From NCBI RefSeq assembly GCF_006345805.1, contig NC_043014.1, positions 27,776,001-27,840,000 on the forward strand: 64,000 nt of DNA. Reading direction: 5' to 3'. The stretch is from Octopus sinensis. Its lineage: Eukaryota. Positions within the stretch are counted from its first letter, which is position 1. Each line of letters begins with the position of its first letter. The notes beneath the pieces were generated by a model that searched no databases, was not told where the DNA came from, and saw only the letters and a program-made list of their open reading frames with translations. This document shows, one piece after another, positions 48,450 through 59,217 of this stretch. A program made the position numbers and the translations under genes.

Positions 48450-50400
48450 AATGAGTGTCTTCCACACCTGAAACTTCTCTTGTTCTGATAGTGACTCAGC
48501 AATTCGAGCAATGTCATTGGCATAGAGGAGCTCCCAGGGGGCATCCTGTCTCGAATTCCTCTGTTATTGCCTGGAGGACTATGATGAATAAGAGGGGGCT
48601 AAGGACTGATCCTTGGTGGACCCCTACCTGGAATTCTTCACTGTAGTCATTGCTAACCCTCACCTTACTGACAGCATCCCTGTACATAGCTTGTACAGCT
48701 CTCACTAACCATTCATCTATCCCTAGTTTCCTCATTGACCACCAGATAAGGGATCAGGGGACCCTGTCAAAGGCTTTCTCTATGTCAACAAAAGCTAAGC
48801 ACAGAGGTTTATCTTTAGCTAGGTATTTCTCCTGCAGCTGTCTTACCAGAAATATAGCAGCAGTGGTGCTTTACCCTGGCACAAATCCAAACTGCATCTC
48901 ATCTAGACTGACTCTCTCCCTAATTAGTTGGGCTATGACCCTCTCTGTGACTTTCATTACCTGATACCGCTGTAATTATTTGTATTTAATGTGTCACCTT
49001 TACCTTTGTAGCAGTTGACTATGGTGCTGCTACAGCAATAATTGGGTATGACTCTTTCATGTATCACCTGGTTGACTATACAAGTAACTAGACTATAGTT
49101 GACACTGCCAGATATTTTAAGCATCTCTACAGTGATTCCTGGTGGGCCAGGGGCTTTCCCTGTCTTCATACCATTAATTGCTTTATCTACGAAGATACTG
49201 TCAATTTGGATAGCTGGTCCCTCTGTTGGGTCGACATTTGGCAGACTCTCTTTCTCCCATTCATTCTCTTCATTTAGCAACCTTTCATAGTGGCATCTCC
49301 AAATCTCTCTCTTTGCAGCCTCGTTAAATGCAAGTGAGCCATCATCCATGCAGATATATTTTTCTATGACATCACGATTCTCTCACACACTGTCTTGTAA
49401 CACAAAACACTTCAAGTCTTTGGTCCTGACGATGCAGAACATTGGCAAATTTCTTTCTTTTCTGCTTCCCCTCTGGCAATCTGATACAATTCCCTAGCTT
49501 CCCTTCTGGCAATCTGATACAATTCCCTGGTACCACTGTTCTTCTAGTCCTTCTATGCCTGTTTCTTTACCCTACTGGCCCTGTCAACCACATTGTTCCA
49601 CCACCATGTTACCTTGGGTCGAGAGGGGACTTTGCACCATCCACAGATCTGGTCAGCAACCTTCAACAGGTTGTCCCATAGGAACCTCCAGTTGGCTTCC
49701 ACATCATGTGAAGCTATATCCCCCTCTATTTCATCAAAAGCTTTGAGTAATATGTCTTTAAATCTCTGTCCATTCGCAGGATCCTTAAGCTTCCAGACCC
49801 TTCTCTTACATGCTAGTCATCTTCTGGGCATACATTTAGCCCTGATCCTGAAGTCACTATGTTGTGGGGTGCATTCTTCATCTGGGTAGGTTTTGGCATT
49901 TGTAAGTAGCCATCTTACCTGTTTCCTGGTGATGATGTAATCAATTTGACTAGTGTGTCTACCAGAATGGTAGGTGAATAGGTGACTAGCAGGTTTCCTG
50001 AAGTTAGTATTACAAACCAGCAGCCTGGTTCCCTCATTGCGGGAAAGAAAACCATAGCCTCCATGTACGCCACAGAAGCCCCCTGAAGTTGCCAGCCACA
50101 ACCAGAAGATCCCTGTCATTCGTCAATGCAGTAGTCTGCAAGAGGGTGTCATAAAATCGGTCTTTCTGTTCATCAGGTAGCCCTGGCTGAGGGGCTTAAG
50201 CCGAGATAATGGTTACTAACCCATGTTGCAGCACTAATCTAATCTTAAGTATTCTATCACAGACTGACTACCTCGATTACCTTATCAACCCATTTCTCTG
50301 CAAGAAGTATACCCACATCCCCCAACCTTGTCAGTGTTCCCTGCCCAGAAAATCTTATACCTATGTTCTTTGCCTGTGAGGAAGCCAGCAGAACTTCTTC
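48450..50400 (-). mobile_element. RTE LINE: endonuclease and RT, pseudogenised
   Basis: LLVCNTNFRKP..TY.SG...SQIDYI (APE endonuclease); KTGKAPGP.GI..EML; QFGFVPG..FVDIEKAFDRVP; VGVHQGSVLSPLLF. Contains a 33-bp tandem duplication near 49469-49534. Confidence 0.88.
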
Positions 50401-50514
50401 TCCACCTTACTTCTTGGATGCAGCACAAATCTACACATTTCTCTATATATAGTATTTATCTCTTACCAGATGGTGTACTTATTTTGTCAATCTTACAATC
50501 ATGAAACAGTACAC

Positions 50515-50735
50515 TGTGTGTGTGTTGTGTCTCTGTATCTGTCCCCCACCACCACTTGACAACCAGTATTGATGTGTTTATGTCCCCATAATGTAATGGT
50601 TCAGCAAAAGAGACTGATAGAGTGAGTATTGAGCAAAAAAAAAAAAAGTACTGTGGTTGATTCATTTGATGAAAAATTCTTCAAGGTGGTGCTCCAGCAT
50701 AGCCACAGTCTAATGACTGAAACAAGGAAAACAGG
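50515..50735 (+). mobile_element. SINE family A, 3' half
   Basis: gtcccccaccaccacttgacaacc...ggtgctccagcatagccacagtc...gactgaaacaagg. Confidence 0.7.
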
Positions 50736-50779
50736 TACGAAAATAAATGGCAAACACTTATCTCATTGCCAATGAGTAT

Positions 50780-51420
50780 TGATCTATGAATTGACCTCAG
50801 AACTACAGAAAATGCTACAAGACATCCATGATAGCAGCAAGCTTAAATATGCACTTAAGAAAAACTAAAGTCATATGCAAGTCCACTGCAAAAAAATAAA
50901 TGGAGAGCAGCATTAGCATCAACAAGAGACGCATTCAGAAATTTATGTCTACATTTACCTGAGACAGTTGGTGACAAAAGACTGTCAGCAAGATCAGGAG
51001 ATGTGAAGTAGAATCAGCCTGAACTGGATTGCCTTTGGCAACACTAGACTCCATCATGAGAAATAGAAGCATGCCATTAAGGTTTATAAAGAAAGCACCT
51101 AGTTAGTGAAACTTGGTTACTGAACGAAGATCAATCCCAACCCAATGCAAAATGGAATGTCTAATGTTGGGACTGACATTGCATGGCAAAAGATGGATCA
51201 AATGAAAAACGGGAGTTATTGACATATTTCACAAAATCAAGTGGTAGAAGCACAAGCAGGTGATGGAATGGGCCATTGTGACTACATGTATTCAAGAGAA
51301 CATCCAAAACTAAGATGACTTTGACCAAGCTACATGTCTAAACTGGAAGCAAGTAGCCAAAGATAGATGGTGTTGAGGGAACTAAAGAGAGGTCCTTACA
51401 GTTGCAAAAACATGTATCCT
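50780..51420 (+). mobile_element. RTE-type LINE C-terminal fossil
   Basis: YIYLRQLVTKD..EM*SRISLNWIAFG (cf. YIYLGQ....EI.RRI..GW.AFG). Confidence 0.5.
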
Positions 51421-53084
51421 GTTGATGATATAGAAAAATATATTTGTACAGACAGCTCTAACCCATATCAAAATTTGACACAAAAAAATATGTGTTAAAA
51501 TATTGAGATAATGTTAGGAACATTAAAAAGATAACTGGAAGTATACAGAGCAGAAATAAAACTATTAGTCCAGGGAAAGAGAGAGAAACTTTAATGTAGA
51601 AATTTCAATGGTTCTATAGTCCAAGATTTTGAGAACTGAGGGTCAAGAAAGAGTTTTGTTATCAATATGCAAGAGAAAATGGTAATAGAATGTCATCAGA
51701 GAAAATTTTGGAAAAAGGATGTGTAAATGTCGTTTGGCTTAAGTATTGTTCCATAAAGATCAATGAAGGACCTTACATAAAAGAAACTCTTGAAATGGAT
51801 AGTTTAAGCATTTAATTTCAGCAGAAGACCTAATCAAAAGGCTTAGTTGTCACAAATCAAGTACATCTATCTGGTCACTGGAACACCATGTTGGGTGATG
51901 TAATCATACACTGTATGTGAATAGACGATGAGGTAGTAACTGTTGGAATGTTTTCGATCAATGTATTTATTAGATGAGGACTGACCTGGGACTAAACAAC
52001 ATCTCAGCTGATTGTTATTTAACTCACTCCAAGTCTAACAATGATAATGTAGACATGAAGGAATGTATCTTTATTGAAAAGAAAAAAAAAAGACCGAAAG
52101 AGGAGCAAAAGACTTCGTTAAGAATTGAACTAATTGAAACCCAAGGTTGGAATGTCTATTGATTAGGGTTGATCTTGAACCAAACATTTCAGTTAACACC
52201 CAGAAAAATGGTTGTCATATTTCAGAAGAAAATGTGGGTTTAATTGTTCTTTGCAAATTCAAATATTTTTACGAGTTTTAAAAATATTCTACAGTTAGAT
52301 AGTGCAATGACTAGAAGATTAAAGGACTGGTGAAGAATTCAAGCTTTAAAAACAGCTGTTACAAAGTTCAGAAATAAGGTTTATTCTCGAAATGAAAACC
52401 GGAAATTAACTTCTATTTTCTGTCACAATGTATCATATTAATGGACTAAAATATTCCCTTCACCTACAACACCCGAGAAACTCGATCATTTCATTGTTTA
52501 ACAACGAAAATAGAGAAATTTTAATGATCTTACAATTTTAAAAATGCCAGCGAACTGGGAAACTATATTGCAATTGATATTTTTTTTTTTAAAAAAGACA
52601 AAATTGAAGTAAATTTATGGATGATTAACAATAAATAATATACTATGATGAAAATAACTTGTATTTAGTACCGAGTTAAGTCCCTGTATGACAGACCCTA
52701 AACAATTCGATTGTGATAAATAATATAGCGAGGTCTATATAATCAGATCTTTCAATCTGGTAGCCATATAATTGACTAAAGCCAATGAAAATGAAATACA
52801 AAGTTTGTGGTAATAGAATTGTACACCAACATTTCGTTGATCTTCATGATCAAGACATCCACACACAAAATGTGGATGCTGGTGAAACGGAAGTTGAGAT
52901 GATAGTTTGGGACATCGGACGAATTGCTTGTTTAATAAATGCAGCAGATTTTCTGGCATAATTCCACTGAAAAAAAGAAGACATTTGTTCACTTTTTGGC
53001 GGCGATCGCCAGTCTTTATGCTGTATAAAAAGCTGCTTCTTTTACTATTAATCTCCCCTTAATTTTATTTATTTTTATATATAA

Positions 53085-53115
53085 CTAGCAGCTAAGCCCA
53101 GTTTCACTCGTTTGG
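53085..53115 (-). mobile_element. Helitron 3' terminus (element may extend to about 54345)
   Basis: Minus strand cgagtgaaactggg hairpin remnant, then cttagctgCTAG|T; same 3' layout as 20141-20169. 5' end uncertain. Confidence 0.45.
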
Positions 53116-54453
53116 TCGGTTTGGATGATGTGGCTGTGATCCTTTTCGGTTAGGCATAATCTATAACAGCGTTTCTCAACCTTATCATTTCAGGCCCCAC
53201 CGTTTCGACTGGAGCCTCCAGCTGTATGAAAATTTCCTGACCCCACCCCTTGTCAGAAAACAGCTTCAGGAGTTGTGAAGAACAAATTTGTACATAGTCT
53301 ATTTCTGATAGCTATTCTATTTGACCTCTGTCTAATCATTAAAACACTGATTTAATTATGAACACAGAAAGAAATTATACATTAATCCCTATTGTTGTAA
53401 GCAGTTGTATCCATAAAAAATTTTACTTGCAGAGAGCAGAAATTGAAAGAAGATATATGAAATGGACGTGTGTGCATGCTTGCGCGTGTATATGTGAGAG
53501 AAAGAGATAGAGTGAGTGAAGGTGTGTGTTGTGATGATTGACGTCTTTTAAGGTACACACACATAGAAAATGTGAGGTCATCATATAAAATTTTTACGAT
53601 AGTTGATTTATGGAAAAGATTGTTAAATTTTTGAAATGCAAATATGTGAATGAAAATTAAGTTCAGACCTCTATATGGTAGGTAGACCTGGTAGAAATAG
53701 CAGCCAAATCTCCTTCAAAACACCCTACTCTCTTAATCTGACAATTCTGCCTATTATGTAGCTTGAATGAGAAACTGTAACTAAAGATTAAGATTATTAA
53801 CCCCACAAAGAGGTGAAAGAAGAAAGACAGCATAGCGAAAGTTTTGGTTGACTGTCATCTCGTACTCCCCTTGTTGCTAGCGAAATGGTATATGCTGGCT
53901 GTGTGAGCAACCGGTTGTTTTAATGACAGAACAAACGGAAATTCCATTAGAAAAAGTTTTAATCAATTTTCTCGGTAACTATGGGGGCTAGGAAAAAAAT
54001 ACAAACTGCATTCCAATCTATGCACCCGTCTCCACATGTGTGCCATTTTTCACACGAATCCACCCAGCTGTTTGGCTGTGAACCTCAAGACAAGAAAGAA
54101 TACAATGATCGCCCATGTCCAATTTAAATTATAAACTAAACTGAACAATTACCCAGGATGGTTATATTGAAAAAGTAATATATTAGAGTGACATTATTAA
54201 CGTACATATCATAGTAAAAAATGATTTGAAGTGTTCTAAAGTTCGTTGTACAAACTTTTAATCCACCTTGATACAAAAAAAAAATTAACAGAGGGGAAAT
54301 GGTAAAATGGGGCAAAAGCTGCGTAATTAATTTCATATACAAGAGTTAGTAGCATAGGGAAGAAGAATTTTGGAAAAATTTCCGTTAAAACGGAGAAAAT
54401 CCAACTTATGTCGGCATCCTGATCTGAAAGACTGCTATAAAATTTTAAATGTA

Positions 54454-55692
54454 CGAAGGACGTTCAATAAGTAATGCCCTGACCCACTTGCAGTTGTTTG
54501 ATCTAGCTGAAATTTTGCATGTGCAATCATTTATATCTCTATAGAGTAAGTGGCAAATTACAGCACTGAATTAATTGTGGTTTCTGATTTACAGGTGTTT
54601 GAACCGAGTCAAGTGTTAAATGGAGCCTGTTGAGTGTCGAGCAGTGATGCGGTTTTTGTATTTGAAAGGATGCACACCACGGGAGACTTTTGATGAAATG
54701 AAAGTAACTTATGGTGATGATGCCCCATCATATGACCTTGTAAAACGCTGGCATCGTGAATTCAAACATGGTCGGAACTCTGTGGAAACAGCTCCCAGAT
54801 CTGGTCGCCCCCTTCTGCCATTGATGAGGCATCTGTCCGTCAAGTTGAGGCTGCCATTTTGGAAGATCGACGCATAACTATTCGCCAAATAGCCCATGAG
54901 GTCAAGATTAGTACCGGGTCTGTGGAAACTATCATTCATGACCATTTGCATATGCAAAAGGTATCTGCCAGATGGATTCCCAGGTTGCTCACGCCTTTCC
55001 AGAATTTGGAGATGTGCCAAGAAGATGAATCAAAATTTTTCAAAAGACTGATGGCATAGGATGAAACCTGGGTCCATCACGATGATCCAGAGACCAAAGC
55101 CCAGTCAATGCAGTGGAAGCACCGTGACTCACCCCCTCCAAAGAAGGCAAAGGTGCAGCCCTCCGCTGGCAAGGTCATGCTCACAGTCTTCTGGGACCAG
55201 GACGGAGTAGTGATGACAGATTTCCTGGCAAAGGGTACCACAATTGCAGGAGCCTATTATGCTTCACTTTTGAGGAAATTAAGAGAAGTTATCAAAATCA
55301 AGAGGCGGGGCAAGATCAGCAAAGGCATCCTCCTCCTGCAGGACAACGCTCCGGTCCACAACTCGCTTGTCGCCAGATCAGAAGCACAAGCATATGGCTA
55401 TGAACTCCTCCCCCATCCCCCTACTTTCCTCACCTCTTCCCAGTCATGAAGTTGTTTTTGAAAAGAAAGCGTTTCCCAGATGATGCAGCCTTGATTTCTG
55501 AAGTCGCATTCAGGTTGGAGGAGCAAGCTGGGGTCTTCTATAAAAATGGTCTCCAGAGCTGCATCAAACAATGGGAGAAATGTGTAACTCTGGGTGGTTC
55601 CTATGTAGAAAAAGACTAATAACTGTGCCAAGTTTCGTTGCTCTACTGCTATGGGAAGTGGGTCAGGGGCATTACTTATTGAACGCCCCTCG
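54454..55692 (+). mobile_element. Full-length mariner (irritans/Hsmar2-like, 1239 bp), transposase disrupted
   Basis: About 37-bp TIRs cgaaggacgttcaataagtaatgccc(c)tgacccactt, TA on both sides. ATG at 54620; motifs RSGRP, WIPRLL, DETWVH, KVMLTVFWD, LLQDNAP, HPP..; stop region EKD*. Confidence 0.95.
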
Positions 55693-56237
55693 TAATTCAT
55701 TGTGTATACTGTAGATAGAGAAAAACTGCGGCGCAATTATATTCGAAATAGTTGAAGTATCGGAACAGCTTTTAAATCATTCTTTAAATAACGAAGTCTT
55801 CAAAATAAACAAAAATTCCATTTTAAAACATGCGCAATGTGACCTAATGTAATTTTAGATAAATATGCTGGTTGCGAAGGCGACTGGTATACTTGTAAGT
55901 GGTTACAAGAAGAGGATGTCAACAAGATCGGTGGATCTGTTACAATGAACAAGTGTCATTCATTCTTGAACTAAAAATATATTATCGAAGGATATTGCTG
56001 GATTAGCTGTTCAGCAACTTTGTACTGATCGGTCCTAGTTCTGCAGAGCCAAATGCATTCAAATACTAATATAATAAATTGCATATTTCATTGTTAATTA
56101 GTCCTACATCATTTGTATGTGAATAGTGCTTTTTTATAAAAACTTTCCTAATGTAATTCAGTAGATAATTAGTGTTTAGGCGAAATAAATTCAAACTAAT
56201 CCACAAATGATTTGACTGTTATTCAAGATCTATATTC

Positions 56238-57127
56238 AGCGGAGGGAAAGGACATGGACCCCACCTTTCGGTTTCTTTTTTGTTTTATTTTTGTTGGGGG
56301 GTTTTTCCTACAGAAATCCACCTTTTCGATCTTTTTTTTTTCGATTTTTTTTTTTTTTTTTGCAAAATACATAGAAAAATATGGAGATTATGATTCTGAA
56401 AAAAAAATTTGTAAAATTTCAATTTTTCAAAAATAAATAAATATCATCCCCTCTACTCCGCCAGCGCATTTTGACAGAAAGTGGACATGTGGTTGAGGGT
56501 CCCTTGGAATTAAGAGAAGTATGTAAAAATTAGTTTTTTTGCACGTACACACACACACAACAGAATGACATTAAAAAAATTCTTTCTTTTTTGGTAATTC
56601 GTATTTAGAAAGTGGATCTTCGGTTTGGCTGTTGTTTCTAGCTTGTCAAACTTTCCGGCTAGAGCGTACATAAAATTTGAAGATTTTGAAAACCCCCAAA
56701 ACACGCTTTCAAAATTTTAATTTTCTCCTTCTCTACCCCTCTCCGGGAAATTAAAATTTTGAAAACGTGATTCGTTGTTTAGCTGCTGTTTCTAGCATGT
56801 CGAGTTTTCTGTTTATAAACTTTTTACGAGGGGAGGGGTGTTTAAGTACTCTTTACTCTTTGTATTTATTTATTTATTTTTAATTGAAATTTTACAATTT
56901 TTCAGAATCATAATCTCCGTATTTTTCTACATATTTCACACACACACACACACAAAATTCTTAAAATAGTGAAAAACTGGGCGATGGGAATTTAAATTTT
57001 GAAATGCCGATCTTTTTAACAGATTCGGAATCTCCGCAGTCGAAAAGATTTTTTTCCGTAGGGGGGGGGGGAATGAAATAAAATAAATAACCGAAAGGGG
57101 GTGCGGTCTATGTCCTTTACCTCCGCC
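56238..57127. mobile_element. Foldback-type MITE with long TIRs and 8-bp TSD (890 bp)
   Basis: Termini (a/g)gcggagg(g/t)aaaggacat(g/a)gacc. A second inverted block at about 56360-56450 pairs with about 56862-56940. Perfect TSD CTATATTC (56230-56237, 57128-57135). No coding capacity. Confidence 0.8.
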
Positions 57128-57524
57128 CTATATTCCTCTGAAATACAAAATTAATTACACCTTATCAAATGATAACATTTTAATTACGTCTCTTCTCCCA
57201 TTTTATCAAAACAATAAACAAAAATGTAGAAATCAGGGAACTATATCACATGAAATTGGAATAGATTTCGAAGAAAATCTCTACTGAAAAAAACTTTGAA
57301 GACGTTGCTTTATCTGTGGCTGTATATGTGAATATTGATGTGTGCGCGCGAATGCCGTGTTTATGTTTCCGCTGGTTTCATGATATGTTGCTGTTACCAT
57401 TGAGAACGGCAAGAATGTCATATATAATCTTGTCTCAATATGGGAGAAACCTCCACACCACACGAATTCCTGCACAGACAAAAAGCATTCAAAAATCAGA
57501 ACATATTATCCCGTTCACTTTGTC

Positions 57525-57818
57525 TCACTTAGGCGATGTAAGGTCCCGGATAGAAGGTCCAGAATTGCCTTGCTGTAGAAGTTGGTATTCCTGAAAACGC
57601 TGAGTAATTCGTTGTGTCATCTTTAAGTATTTCTCCATACAATTTATGGCACAAGAGCTTTCCTTATCCAACACTTGGCGAGTGGTGAAGTCATTCACAC
57701 AGTCTATAAAGCACATGGATGAGAGTTTGTTGTATGAAGATAAAAACTCACGAAATTGTTTCATCATCGTCTCTGTATCAGCCATTTCAGGGCTACCGGT
57801 GGCTGCAGTCGTTTGCAT
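57525..57818 (-). CDS. TIMM9: Mitochondrial import inner membrane translocase subunit Tim9
   Basis: [56 protein letters not shown]: twin CX3C motif and strong match to metazoan Tim9 ([48 protein letters not shown]). Confidence 0.95.
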   Translation of the reverse strand: [97 protein letters not shown]

Positions 57819-58235
57819 GGCTATTCTCTTTCCTTTTTTAAGTGTATTTAAGTTAAAGTTGATTCACAAATCCGTACACTGTAGTCTGACTACAAAAATC
57901 GTTTAACTAGTACACTCAAAATGTGTAAAGTAAACAACGTATCTGTTTTAAACACAAAAGTATCAGAGACACAATACAAACGATAAAGTCGACCTTGACG
58001 TTTTCTCTGATTTTCGCTCCCACATGCGGTGACGAATGGCTGCTTGGTTATCTCCCTTGTTAAACCTGAAACGGTGTCGATTATATGTGCATATGTCAGT
58101 AGATTTTGGAAAGTATTGAGCTTCGGATATTCTAGTCTGCACTTAAATTTCGAAATTCGTTTGAGTCAATTAGGAAAAATTATTCACTCATTTTTATTTT
58201 ATATCCAACTAAGAAATTTTTGTAAACAATAATAA

Positions 58236-58592
58236 CGCAGGCGTGACTGTGCAGTAAGAAATTTGCTTTTCAACCACATGGTTTCAGGTTCAATCCCTAT
58301 GCGTGACACGTTGGGCAACTTTCTTCTGCTATAGACTAAAGCCGACCAAAGCCTTGTGAGTGGATTTGATAGACAGAAACTGAAAGAAGCCCGTCGTATA
58401 ATGTGTGTGTGTGTGTTTAGCCTCCATCGACACTTAATCCTTCGCAGTTTGTTGACGCCCCTGTAACTTAGCTGCTGGGCAAAAAGAGAATGACAGAATA
58501 AGTACCAAACTTGAAACATATGCACTGGGATCATTTGTTCGACTAAACCCATTAGGGTAGTGCCCCAGCAACGGCTAGAACAAGAAAGAAAG
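58236..58592 (+). mobile_element. SINE family A
   Basis: cgcaggcgtgactgtgcagtaagaa...ggttcaatccc...gaaactgaaagaagcccgtcgtata...; lies about 420 bp upstream of the Tim9 ATG. Confidence 0.8.
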
Positions 58593-58719
58593 TAATAGGG
58601 CCATTGATTACAGATTTCCATCTATTGGTTTACTGAATAAACAAAGGAGTAACAAAAGCGGAACAATAGCTATATGATATTTTAATTCGAAAACACCGGC
58701 CATTTTTTTATTGTGTTAT

Positions 58720-58950
58720 GTATCTATCTATCTGTCTGTCTGTCTTCTTTTACTTGTTTCAGTCATTTGATTGCGGTCATGATGCCATCTTGGAGGGTTT
58801 TGGTTGAACAAATCAACCCCAGGACTCATTTCTTAAGCAAAGTACTTATTCTATCGGTCTCTTTAGCCGAAACGCTAGCTAACAGGGATGTAAACACACC
58901 AACACCAGTTGTCAAGTAGTAATGTGGGGTACAAACACAGACACACACAC
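58720..58950 (-). mobile_element. SINE family A, 3' half, inverted
   Basis: cttttacttgtttcagtcatttga...gtacttattctatcggtctc...acacaccaacacc. Confidence 0.75.
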
Positions 58951-58963
58951 TGATATATGCATA

Positions 58964-59217
58964 TGTTGTTTGAGGGAAATAAGAAACAATTTGCCTACCT
59001 TCTTGTCATCTGCCAGTCAGCTGTCCTCAATCCAAAACTCACCCAGCTGGCACACCTAACAAAAGCAGATACTAGTACCTGTCCCTATCGGCTCGCTCAC
59101 CTCACATCCATTCATCATGAGCACCCAAGGCAAAAGAAGATGACCCTGGTCTTCCTACCCTCATTTCCTCTCTCACCCTTCCTGTTCTGATCAAACCCCT
59201 TAACTGTTGATGTCACA
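58964..59217 (-). repeat. 3' LTR of the Gypsy element (254 bp)
   Basis: Minus strand begins TGTGACA immediately after PPT ggaaggaagaggc and ends ACAACA. Confidence 0.6.

Noticed and set aside
52785-52961. 58-aa plus ORF containing EMIVWDIG, reminiscent of the small-GTPase G3 box
   Set aside because: No P-loop, no GGQ/AGQ continuation and no G4 motif; probably coincidence.
53167-53349. hAT-like terminus cagcgtttctcaacc
   Set aside because: Partner terminus is weak and the flanks (atctataa / atttaatt) do not form a TSD.
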